NCBI RefSeq assembly: GCF_003231495.1
Contig: NZ_PQWO01000003.1
Location: 120,001 to 152,000 of the forward strand
DNA length: 32,000 bases
Source: Acaryochloris thomasi RCC1774
GTDB taxonomy: Bacteria > Cyanobacteriota > Cyanobacteriia > Thermosynechococcales > Thermosynechococcaceae
Reading direction: 5' to 3'
A program made the translations under genes and the position numbers. This document shows, one piece after another, positions 9,865-18,862 of the stretch (its first letter is position 1; every line of letters begins with the position of its first letter). The notes below the pieces were generated by a model, which saw only the letters and a list, made by a program, of their open reading frames with translations, ran no database searches and was not told where the DNA came from.

Positions 9865-11679
9865 ATGAACTTAAATTTACTGCTTAGCCGATCCTCACTG
9901 GGGGTTATAGCTATTTTGCTAGTGCTCCTAGCAATACGGAATCGGGAGCGAGTTGATCGTATCGTCAACAACTTTTTCACAGAGTCAACCCATCCTCTCA
10001 ATTTAGCTATCTTTCGCATCACAGTTTTCCTAACGCTCATCAAGTTTGTTGATATTTCTTCGACCGTTTGGTTTAGTCAAATGCCAGAGCAACTGCAGTT
10101 TTTGCCTGGCAATTTAGGATGGCTATTCAATTACCTGCCTATCGATGCTTCCACAGCAAGATTAACAAGCAGCTTGATGCTGGTATTTTGCTTTACTGGA
10201 GCAATTGGGCTGTTCTCACGAACCTCCGCATTTGTGACAACAATCCTTGGCTTCTACGTTCTGGGTATTCCCCAACTATGGGGAAAGGTTAACCACTACA
10301 ACCACTTACTATGGTTCGTCGCCATCCTCGCGGTGAGTCGCTGTGGAGATTTTCTATCAGTCGATGCTATTTTTGCAGCCTGGAAACGCGCAGACGCAGG
10401 CACAACCCAGCCTCCCCAACCAGCGCGGCTTTATACTCTGCCTCTCCGCTTTGTTTGGTTGCTGATGGGGGTTATTTATTTTTTCCCAGGTTTTTGGAAG
10501 GTATGGAACTCTGGCTATCGGTGGGCCTGGAGCGATAATCTCAACTTCCAAATGTACAGAAAGTGGTTAGAGCTAGACGGCTGGGTTCCTATTTTCAGAA
10601 TTGATCAGTATCCACTGCTGAACAGAACATCAGGACTATGGACGATTGCTTGGGAACTCTCTTTTATCTTGCTTATATTCCTACCTAGGTGGCGACTTCC
10701 TGCGGCACTGATGGGTTTGTTTTTCCACAACATGACAAATCTGTTCATGCGTATCTCCTTTTGGACGCTGCAGGTCTGCTACGTTTCTTTTTTCAACTGG
10801 CACAAGATCTTCAATAGCATCGGCCGCTTCTTTTTCTCTCAGCCCATGTATGTCGTCTATGACGGTAACTGTAAGCTTTGTCGTCGCACAATTGCTTCGC
10901 TGAGAAGGTTCGATATCTTAGGGCAGATCACTTACGTCAATGCACTGAACGGTGAAGAACTTCAGGCGTGTGATCTACTTTGGATCGATCCAGAAGCTCT
11001 TTTAGAAGATATGCATACCGTTGTAGGTAAACAGTATTGGCGAGGGTTCTCTGCATATCGGGTTTTGTCTCGTCGTATTCCTGTTTTTTGGTTGATACTG
11101 CCGCTGCTGTACGTATGGCCTATTCCTAGACTTGGCAATTTTATTTACCATAAGGTCGCTGATTCGCGCACCTGTGACATCGCTAAAGTGCCTACACCGG
11201 ATAAAGGTACACTCCGTGAGACAGGCAGAAGCAACACAAAAGGAATAATAGCAGTGGGCATTCTTTTTCTGTTCTTGAACACTTTCTACAGTATTAAGTA
11301 TGAAACAGCAGCTTGGCCTTTTTCCTGCTATCCTACATTTTCTTGGATACAGAAGCCTCAAGAGAAGCTCCTTGAAGTTATTCCTTTAGATGCTTCAGGA
11401 GAGCCTATTTCACTTGCTACTAGTGAAAGATCCATCAAGCAATACTTATCTCCCCCGCGAGTCGATAGCTTAGTTAAGAAGCTTCTGAAAACCAATGAAT
11501 TGGCTGAGAAGGAAAGACGCCTTCAGGCTTTCTGGCAGCTTTTAGCTCAAAATGATGCTCGTCTAAATCAGGCAGTATCAGTAGATTTTTACGAAGTGAG
11601 ACTTCAGCTAGATCCAGAACGACAAGACGAAAACCCGATTAGTCAAGAACTAGCCTACCGTCTAAAACTGCAGAGATAG
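9865..11679 (+). CDS. HTTM (vitamin K-dependent gamma-carboxylase-like) membrane domain fused to DCC-family thiol-disulfide oxidoreductase domain plus unknown C-terminal domain
   Basis: 604-aa ORF.
- aa ~40-315: polytopic domain with HTTM-like blocks (LNLAIFRITVFLTLI; NHYNHLLWFVAILAVSRCGDFLSVDA).
- aa ~328-435: DUF393/DCC pattern with DxxCxxC (VVYDGNCKLCRRTIASLRRFD; Cys codons at 10870 and 10879) and IYHKVADSR.
- aa ~460-604: one TM helix plus a hydrophilic tail.
Domain names were recognised by eye, not by HMM. Confidence 0.75.
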   Translation: MNLNLLLSRSSLGVIAILLVLLAIRNRERVDRIVNNFFTESTHPLNLAIFRITVFLTLIKFVDISSTVWFSQMPEQLQFLPGNLGWLFNYLPIDASTARLTSSLMLVFCFTGAIGLFSRTSAFVTTILGFYVLGIPQLWGKVNHYNHLLWFVAILAVSRCGDFLSVDAIFAAWKRADAGTTQPPQPARLYTLPLRFVWLLMGVIYFFPGFWKVWNSGYRWAWSDNLNFQMYRKWLELDGWVPIFRIDQYPLLNRTSGLWTIAWELSFILLIFLPRWRLPAALMGLFFHNMTNLFMRISFWTLQVCYVSFFNWHKIFNSIGRFFFSQPMYVVYDGNCKLCRRTIASLRRFDILGQITYVNALNGEELQACDLLWIDPEALLEDMHTVVGKQYWRGFSAYRVLSRRIPVFWLILPLLYVWPIPRLGNFIYHKVADSRTCDIAKVPTPDKGTLRETGRSNTKGIIAVGILFLFLNTFYSIKYETAAWPFSCYPTFSWIQKPQEKLLEVIPLDASGEPISLATSERSIKQYLSPPRVDSLVKKLLKTNELAEKERRLQAFWQLLAQNDARLNQAVSVDFYEVRLQLDPERQDENPISQELAYRLKLQR

Positions 11680-11694
11680 ATCAAAAAAAGGACT

Positions 11695-12627
11695 ATGAGC
11701 AAGCCAGTTAATTCAATTGATGATCCTTTTTTTATAGTGTATGACTCTAGATCAGGCTCAACCTTCCTGGCTAATCTCCTTGTTAAATTTGCTGGGGCAG
11801 CAATACCGCCAGAGTCCAACTTCATTACGGGCCTGCTCTCTAAATACCCTAAGCACACAATAGATCACAGCTTTGATTTGGAAAAAGCGATAGAAGTTGT
11901 CTACGAAGACAGCAAGTTCAGAGACTGGAATTTAAGTCAATCAGAAATAGAACACTACATCCAAAAAAATTTTCCTATAGAGGTTAGAGATTTCGTACTT
12001 CAGATCTGTACCCTATATCGGAACAAGTACTATCCCAACTCTCAAGCTTTCGGCTTAAAAAAAGGTGTCTACCTCGATAGGCATAAAGAGATGAAAATGA
12101 TGTTCCCGAGTTCGAGGTTCATCGGCATACTCAGGGATGGAAGAGCTGTCTTCAATTCCAAAAAGCATAGTATTTACTCGGTAACAGGCCAAGCATTTGA
12201 GACAAACGCACGTAGCGCTGCTGAAGAGTGGTGCAGGATATATGGTCTTCTTCGAAAAGTAGACCAAAAGTATCCGAACGAAGTAGTAACGATACGATAT
12301 GAGGACATGATTCGAGAGCCAGGCGGCATTGTAAGTACGCTGTGTAATTTTCTCCACATACCTCAACTCAGCGAGTGTTCAGAAAAACAGCAAAGCTATG
12401 CTATTCCGGCTAGGTATGGCGACCTTCATTTGAATGTCAACAAAGAGCCGTTGGTAGAGAGAGCTACGGCCTGGCGCAAATCTCTGTCTGACGAAGAAGT
12501 CTATGTCTTTGAATCATGTGCATACCGCCAGCTACTTGCAGCAGGTTATCCGGTAGTCAACACCAGAATGCGGCTTAGGAGTAACCAAATCATAGAAAAA
12601 TGCAGGTCTTTCTTAAGTCTTGGATGA
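11695..12627 (+). CDS. PAPS-dependent sulfotransferase family protein
   Basis: 310-aa ORF. It has a 5'-phosphosulfate-binding loop YDSRSGSTFLANLL near the N-terminus and a 3'-phosphate-binding motif IGILRDGRAVFNS. Confidence 0.8.
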   Translation: MSKPVNSIDDPFFIVYDSRSGSTFLANLLVKFAGAAIPPESNFITGLLSKYPKHTIDHSFDLEKAIEVVYEDSKFRDWNLSQSEIEHYIQKNFPIEVRDFVLQICTLYRNKYYPNSQAFGLKKGVYLDRHKEMKMMFPSSRFIGILRDGRAVFNSKKHSIYSVTGQAFETNARSAAEEWCRIYGLLRKVDQKYPNEVVTIRYEDMIREPGGIVSTLCNFLHIPQLSECSEKQQSYAIPARYGDLHLNVNKEPLVERATAWRKSLSDEEVYVFESCAYRQLLAAGYPVVNTRMRLRSNQIIEKCRSFLSLG

Positions 12628-12658
12628 TTTTCCTTAACAACAGAGGATTGTAAATAAG

Positions 12659-13897
12659 GTGGCAAAAAAAATAAAATCTATCCTGTATGTATCTCTAGGA
12701 AATCTACCTTCAAAACTGGCTTCAAGTATTCAAGTTGCAAAGATGTCGCAGGCCATAGGGCAAAAGGTAAAGGATTTCGCACTGGTAACGAGCGGAGACA
12801 TTCTCTCAGCGATCAGGGGAATGGAAGCTGGCTTTCAGAGTTGGTACGCAATACGCCATAGATTCAAGTTGATACGCATACCTGTACATTTTCAGGCAAA
12901 GTATCCCTTTCCTAAAAATTACGCGAAGGAGAGATATTTTAAGTGGGCTGTTTTGTATGCCTGTCTTAGATCTCCAACCCTTGTGTATACTCGCTCCTAT
13001 CCCATCGTTTCTCTCTTATTGGAGACAGATATTCCGATTCTCTGGGAGCAACATGAGCTCCTTCCAGAGAAACTACCGGAAGATTCTCTCTACCATCGGC
13101 TTTTCGCCAGCGATAGTCTAGTGGGGCTAGTTACCCTTTCGCCCCTAATAGCGAAGAACTATATTAAAAACGGGCTGAGCACAGAAAAGGTCTTAATTGC
13201 ACACAGTGGTGTTGATATCAGCATTTTTCAACCCTATCGTTCCAAAAGCGAGGCTCGTAAACACTTATCTTTAACGGGTGATCGAAAAATCATTCTCTAC
13301 GGAGGTCATCTTTACGAACACAAAGGAATGGGGACTCTCGTAGAAACTGCTCTACGAATGCCAGAATGCAGGTTCATTTTGGTAGGAGGGTGGCAAGCGG
13401 ATATAGAAAGAGTAAAAGCCGCTTGTCGTCAAAAAAACGTGCGTAATGTAATTGTTGTCGGACACGTTTCTCAGTCCGTGTTGGCAATGTACCTCTACGC
13501 GGCAGATGTTCTGCTGCTACCAACTAGCAAGCAGTGGCAGCTTGCACAAACGACTAGTCCAATGAAGCTGTTTGAGTATATGGCAGTGCAAAGGCCCATT
13601 GTTGCTTCCGCATTGCCGAATATCATGACGGTGCTGCGCGACCGCGAAAATGCACTCTTGGCTGAGCCTGATCAGCCACAGTCTTTTCAACAAGCAATCA
13701 CGGAACTGCTTGAGAAGCCTGCGTTAGCAGATGAGATAGCAAAACAAGCGTTTCGAGAGGTCGATCAATACACCTGGGATAGTCGGGCTGAAATTATCTT
13801 GCGATTTGCAGAGGAAAGGCTAGAGAAGATGAATTTTCAGCCGAAGGCCAGAAGAAATATCTTATTCAAGTATCTCAAGACAATCACTTTTACATAG
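12659..13897 (+). CDS. glycosyltransferase, GT-B fold (family 4/group 1-like)
   Basis: 412-aa ORF with a GTG start. The C-terminal half carries ILYGGHLYEHKGM, FILVGGW and the KLFEYMAVQRPIVASALPN block typical of group-1 glycosyltransferases. Confidence 0.8.
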   Translation: MAKKIKSILYVSLGNLPSKLASSIQVAKMSQAIGQKVKDFALVTSGDILSAIRGMEAGFQSWYAIRHRFKLIRIPVHFQAKYPFPKNYAKERYFKWAVLYACLRSPTLVYTRSYPIVSLLLETDIPILWEQHELLPEKLPEDSLYHRLFASDSLVGLVTLSPLIAKNYIKNGLSTEKVLIAHSGVDISIFQPYRSKSEARKHLSLTGDRKIILYGGHLYEHKGMGTLVETALRMPECRFILVGGWQADIERVKAACRQKNVRNVIVVGHVSQSVLAMYLYAADVLLLPTSKQWQLAQTTSPMKLFEYMAVQRPIVASALPNIMTVLRDRENALLAEPDQPQSFQQAITELLEKPALADEIAKQAFREVDQYTWDSRAEIILRFAEERLEKMNFQPKARRNILFKYLKTITFT

Positions 13898-14261
13898 GAG
13901 GATGTCTAAGATTGTCATTCTCCTGACACTAATTTGAGGGTCAAACTGATACCTCAACAGATGATGTTGGTTGTTCCAAATTTAGCCGCAGGACTGATTT
14001 TGGATCTTTTTGATCAATGAATGAGCCATATCATGATTATGGTTCTATAATAATCTAACAGCCAGAAGTAAAGCTAGGCGTGACTTTGTCTCCGAGCCGC
14101 TGTGCTGAATTGCTCCTTCCGTTTTGAATGTGGCGGGTGCACTAGATCCAAACTATCTCATGCAGGAAATCTTGAGTCAAAGCATCCCTGAAGGCATGTA
14201 AGGCGAACATTTCCTATAGGATTGTCCCATTTCCTAATCTATTTAACTGGCTAAAGCGAGG

Positions 14262-15197
14262 ATGTCTGTCCGTATCTCTGCCATCATCTGTACGTTCAAT
14301 CGCTCTAAATATCTTCAGAAAGCAATTCAAAGTCTGATCGATCAGACGCTTGAAAAATATGAGTATGAGATTTTGGTCGTTGATAATTGTTCAGTAGATG
14401 ATACTCGAAAGGTTGTCGATGATAAATCTAGAATCGCTGGAAACTTACACTATATCTATGAATCCGAAATTGGACTCTCCAAAGCTCGCAATACGGGATG
14501 GGAGGCTGCGAAGGGTGAATATATTGCTTATTTGGATGATGATGCGATCGCAACTCCTCACTGGCTCGCAACCCTACTGCACAACTTTGAAAACATAACG
14601 CCTAAACCGGCTTGCATCGGTGGAAAAATCGATCCAATTTGGGAAGCTGAGCGACCCGAGTGGCTTCCAGACAAGTTACTGCCTTACCTAACGATATTAG
14701 ACTGGTCTAGCGAATTGATAATAATTGATGAGAACCAGTATATCGCTGGAGCCAATATGGCCTTTACTCAACAAGCATTAACTCTCGCAAATGGTTTTCA
14801 AACTAAATTTGGGCGCAGGGGTAAGAAGTTGCTTTCCAATGAAGAGCTTGTACTCCAAAATCAGATTCGAAAGCACGGTTTAGACATTTATTACAATCCT
14901 GAAGCTGTTGTCGAGCACCATGTTGTTGCTGATCGTTTACAGCAAAACTGGTTCGTAAAAAGAACGTACTGGCAAGGCGTATCTCGCGCCTTCTTAATTG
15001 TTAGTGAACAATCCCCCTCAGTTTTACAACAGTGGAAGATGGGAGTCTATTCACTGCTAAATTTGCTCAAATCACCTAAGCGGATTGTCAAGTCACTGCT
15101 TCCTAGTCGCAATCCTCGCTACCTACAGGCTAGATGTAGTACTGCAAGCAATATTGGATACATTGTGGGACTATTGACCGCAAAGGGTGGTGAATGA
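14262..15197 (+). CDS. glycosyltransferase family 2
   Basis: 311-aa ORF. GT-A N-terminus ISAIICTFNRSKYLQKAIQSLIDQT, DNCSVDDT, and the DxD region YLDDDAI. GAGG lies directly upstream of the ATG. Confidence 0.88.
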   Translation: MSVRISAIICTFNRSKYLQKAIQSLIDQTLEKYEYEILVVDNCSVDDTRKVVDDKSRIAGNLHYIYESEIGLSKARNTGWEAAKGEYIAYLDDDAIATPHWLATLLHNFENITPKPACIGGKIDPIWEAERPEWLPDKLLPYLTILDWSSELIIIDENQYIAGANMAFTQQALTLANGFQTKFGRRGKKLLSNEELVLQNQIRKHGLDIYYNPEAVVEHHVVADRLQQNWFVKRTYWQGVSRAFLIVSEQSPSVLQQWKMGVYSLLNLLKSPKRIVKSLLPSRNPRYLQARCSTASNIGYIVGLLTAKGGE

Positions 15198-16477
15198 CTG
15201 TTTCTGCAGCAGAGAGCCTCTGCCTAAAACTTGAGGAAGAAACCCGCACTCTCTTTTTAACTCGCTATGCCCCCTATCCGCCTTCTAGTGGAGCACCCTT
15301 ACGCAACTGGCAAAACATCAACGCTCTAATGTTGCTAGGGCCTGTCGCCGTTTTCTCCATTTCGGGTTTCAAGGGGGAAGCAGTCGATGATTCTGAGCTA
15401 CCACCCGGCTTAACGCTTTGGAAACACCACAAGTTAGATACATTTACTCAGCCAAGATCTATGGCTGAAAAATTCTCTCAGTGGCTTATTTCTGATCAGT
15501 TACCAGGTTCTAGGCTGCTGACTGATGTAGTGGTCAGTGAAAAACTAAAGAGCCTTATCCAGGAATTCAAGCCTAATCTCGTTATTTTTGAAGAACTCTG
15601 GCTGTATGCTTATCTGCCTGTTGTTAAGGAGTTCGGATGCCGAGTTATTTTAGACAACCACAATATAGAGGGTCCACTCTACTTAGATAAGCAAAGCCAA
15701 AATCAAGATCTTCTCAATCGAATTAAGATTTCATTTATCTTCCAAAAAATCAAAACGATAGAGCATCGGTTCGCAAATCAAGCCAATCAGGTTTGGCTTT
15801 GCAGCCAAGCTGACGCCGAACAATTTCTAGATCGTTACGAAACCTCTACACAATTGTGTGTTGTTCCAAATGGCGTTGATGTTAATTTCTACAGTAGTGT
15901 CCGCTTGGGTAACTGCCACCTGCCCAGAGATATAGCAGAAGACCAACAGGTTCTTTTGTTCATTGGGCGCTATTCATACACCCCCAATGCTGTTGCAGCC
16001 AGGCTCCTTTTAGAACAAATTTTTCCAAAACTCCAAAGACTTTATCCCGACTGTTTACTGGTGCTGGTTGGAGCATCACCGACCCAACAGATGCTAGCGA
16101 CATCTCAATCGGCTAAAAATATATGGATAACAGATTTTGTAAGTGATGTTCGCCCATATCTAGCTCTATCAACGGCTGTGATTGTTCCTCTCATAGATGG
16201 TGGGGGTACTCGCCTAAAAATTTTAGAGGCATTTGCTTCTGGCCGTCCTGTCGTTAGCACGACAAAAGGAGCTGAAGGTCTAAACGTTGAAGATGGGAAG
16301 CAGATTTTGATTAGAGATAGTGTTGATGAGTTAGTAAAAGGCATCGGTGATTTGTGGTCAGACTCTGATCATAAAGGCAAACTTATCGAAAGGGCTTATG
16401 AGCTCGTCAAGAACAACTACTCTTGGGAAGCGAATGCCAGAGCAATTATCAAAAACCTGAAATTTCTTCAACAATGA
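15194..16477 (+). CDS. glycosyltransferase, GT-B fold (family 4/group 1-like)
   Basis: 427-aa ORF with an ATGA start/stop overlap with the upstream GT2. LLFIGRYSYTPNAVAA and GGGTRLKILEAFASGRPVVSTTKGAEGL blocks. Confidence 0.85.
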   Translation: MTVSAAESLCLKLEEETRTLFLTRYAPYPPSSGAPLRNWQNINALMLLGPVAVFSISGFKGEAVDDSELPPGLTLWKHHKLDTFTQPRSMAEKFSQWLISDQLPGSRLLTDVVVSEKLKSLIQEFKPNLVIFEELWLYAYLPVVKEFGCRVILDNHNIEGPLYLDKQSQNQDLLNRIKISFIFQKIKTIEHRFANQANQVWLCSQADAEQFLDRYETSTQLCVVPNGVDVNFYSSVRLGNCHLPRDIAEDQQVLLFIGRYSYTPNAVAARLLLEQIFPKLQRLYPDCLLVLVGASPTQQMLATSQSAKNIWITDFVSDVRPYLALSTAVIVPLIDGGGTRLKILEAFASGRPVVSTTKGAEGLNVEDGKQILIRDSVDELVKGIGDLWSDSDHKGKLIERAYELVKNNYSWEANARAIIKNLKFLQQ

Positions 16478-16700
16478 AAACCCTAAAACTAGATCCAAAA
16501 ATAGATTTTTGCATATGTTTTTAAACAGAATATTCTGCAAAATAGGCATCAGGAAATTCATCCTCGACCAAAGATTGAAATGAGCACAAAAAGAGATGTT
16601 TTGATCATGGAATGACTAACCTTCTTTGTGCAAATGGAGGCTTTACTAAGCAGTAGATCATGGTTCTCTAAAAGTTTTTTCGGTTAAAAATAATGAAAAG

Positions 16701-17843
16701 GTGAAAGATTTGACAAGCCATCCAAAAATCAGTGTAGTCATGTCAGTGTATAACGGTGAGCTTTTCCTAGAGCAGTCTATGGAAAGTATTCTCTCTCAAA
16801 CCTACGCTAACTTTGAGTTGATATTGATCGACGACTGTTCTACGGATAACACCATCCAAATTCTAGAACATTACGCGCAGCGTGATTGGAGGATTAGGCT
16901 ATTCAGAAATAAGGAAAACATTGGATTAACTAAGTCGCTTAACAAGGGGTTAGAATTAGCGAAAGGAGAATACGTCGCCAGACAAGATGCTGACGATATT
17001 TCTTTGCCTGAAAGATTTGAAACGCAAGTAACATTTCTAGATAATCATCCAGAGATTGGATTAGTGTCTTGCAATATGGAAATTATTAACTTTGAAGGTC
17101 ATAAAACTGGAGAGCACAAAAGGGCCTGTTCGTCAGAATTTGTTAGCTGGTATCTCTTGTTCTACAATCGCTTGGCAGGGCACAGCCAGGTTACTTTCAG
17201 ACGGCAGCTCATAACAAAATTAGGGGGATACGATGAGCAGCGTCGCTTTAGTCAAGACTACGAACTTTGGTCACGGGTAGCGAAGGTCAGCAAGATCGCT
17301 ATTCTCTCAGAGACTTTGCTTAAGCAGAGAATACACAATTCCAGTGTCTCTACAACGAGGTCTTCAGAGCAAAGGAGCTACAGCCTCAGTCAGTCAAAGC
17401 ACAATATTGAGGAATTGATCAGCAAGGAAATCAACTTAGAGGAGGTCGTCCTTCTAAGAAATTTTTGGCTGAGCTGCTGGCCTCTCATTTCTAGTCTAGA
17501 AATTCGTGAGTCAATTTATAACTTAAACTCAAGGCTAATAGATATTTACCAGAGTTTTACCCAACAGAGTAGTCAGCGAGGTGACGATGTCAAAGCAGAG
17601 TTATCTCAATGCTTACGCATCTTAATTGGGAAGCAGTTCCTTGCGTGGGTGCAGTTTCCTATGAAAGCAGATCATACTCTATTCCCAAAGCTTTGGATCT
17701 CCTACTATGCCTTTTTCTGGTGTCCACAGGGGGTGCCAATTAGCTGGCTTATATTACTCTGGAGAACCTTACCAAAATGGCTGAAGCTGCCGGTTCGAAA
17801 GGGTTATAGGATTTCCAGGAATCTATTTAAAGTTAAGACATAG
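16701..17843 (+). CDS. glycosyltransferase family 2 (paralog A)
   Basis: 380-aa ORF with a GTG start. KISVVMSVYNGELFLEQSMESILSQTY, LIDDCSTDNT, ARQDADDIS. Clearly paralogous to the ORF at 18863-19939. Confidence 0.88.
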   Translation: MKDLTSHPKISVVMSVYNGELFLEQSMESILSQTYANFELILIDDCSTDNTIQILEHYAQRDWRIRLFRNKENIGLTKSLNKGLELAKGEYVARQDADDISLPERFETQVTFLDNHPEIGLVSCNMEIINFEGHKTGEHKRACSSEFVSWYLLFYNRLAGHSQVTFRRQLITKLGGYDEQRRFSQDYELWSRVAKVSKIAILSETLLKQRIHNSSVSTTRSSEQRSYSLSQSKHNIEELISKEINLEEVVLLRNFWLSCWPLISSLEIRESIYNLNSRLIDIYQSFTQQSSQRGDDVKAELSQCLRILIGKQFLAWVQFPMKADHTLFPKLWISYYAFFWCPQGVPISWLILLWRTLPKWLKLPVRKGYRISRNLFKVKT

Positions 17844-17853
17844 ATGCTACGAT

Positions 17854-18858
17854 ATGAGAAAGATATTAGTAACCGGCGCTGCTGGATTTATTGGTTTTCA
17901 TATATGCCAAGAATTACTAGCCAGAGATGAAGCTGTAATAGGTCTCGACAATTTAAATGATTACTATGACGTTGGCCTAAAGCAGGCACGTTTAGATAGG
18001 CTTACTATCCAGAAAAATTTTCAGTTCTTTCGAGTCGATTTAGCCGAGCGCACTGAAATTGCAAATTTATTCAGTTCCTGTAAACCTGATCTTGTCATTC
18101 ACCTAGCTGCTCAAGCTGGTGTACGTCATTCACTAACACATCCTCATGCATACATTGATAGTAATTTAGTTGGCTTTGCCAACATTCTAGAAGGATGCCG
18201 AAGTATAGAGGTTAAGCACCTCATTTTCGCTTCTTCTAGTTCAGTTTACGGGGCTAATACCAAAATCCCCTTTGCTGTTGGTGACTTTGTTGATCATCCT
18301 GTTAGTCTTTATGCAGCTACGAAAAAGGCGAACGAACTTATGGCCTTCACTTATAGCCACTTATACGCTTTGCCGGCGACTGGTTTGCGATTTTTCACGG
18401 TTTACGGGCCCTGGGGTAGACCTGACATGGCTTATTTTTCATTTACGCGCTCAATTCTTCGCGGCGAACCCATTAAGGTCTTTAACTATGGCAAGATGCG
18501 CCGAGACTTCACCTACATCCGTGATATTGTAGCGGGCATAGTAAAAATCTTGGAAAAGCCTCCTTCATATGCTGGAACTGATATGAAGCTTGGGTCAGAG
18601 TCAACTATTGCTCCCTACAAAATTTACAATATCGGTAACAATCAGCCTATCGAGCTGCTGGCTTTTATAGAAGTCTTAGAAAACTGCTTGGGTATCGAAG
18701 CTAATAAAAAGTTATTGCCGATACAGCCTGGGGACATGCTCGAAACCTATGCTGATATCAGCGAATTGTCACATGATATAGGTTTTAGGCCAAGCACCTC
18801 CATTGAATCTGGCCTAAGGTATTTTGTCGACTGGTACCGTTCATACTATGGAGTGTAG
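17854..18858 (+). CDS. NAD-dependent nucleotide-sugar epimerase, UDP-glucuronate 4-epimerase-like (SDR)
   Basis: 334-aa ORF. Rossmann motif GAAGFIGFH, catalytic YAATKKANE (YxxxK), and FFTVYGPWGRPDMAYF, colinear with CapI/LpsL/GAE-type UDP-GlcA 4-epimerases. The exact substrate is inferred. Confidence 0.85.
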   Translation: MRKILVTGAAGFIGFHICQELLARDEAVIGLDNLNDYYDVGLKQARLDRLTIQKNFQFFRVDLAERTEIANLFSSCKPDLVIHLAAQAGVRHSLTHPHAYIDSNLVGFANILEGCRSIEVKHLIFASSSSVYGANTKIPFAVGDFVDHPVSLYAATKKANELMAFTYSHLYALPATGLRFFTVYGPWGRPDMAYFSFTRSILRGEPIKVFNYGKMRRDFTYIRDIVAGIVKILEKPPSYAGTDMKLGSESTIAPYKIYNIGNNQPIELLAFIEVLENCLGIEANKKLLPIQPGDMLETYADISELSHDIGFRPSTSIESGLRYFVDWYRSYYGV

Positions 18859-18862
18859 GCTT

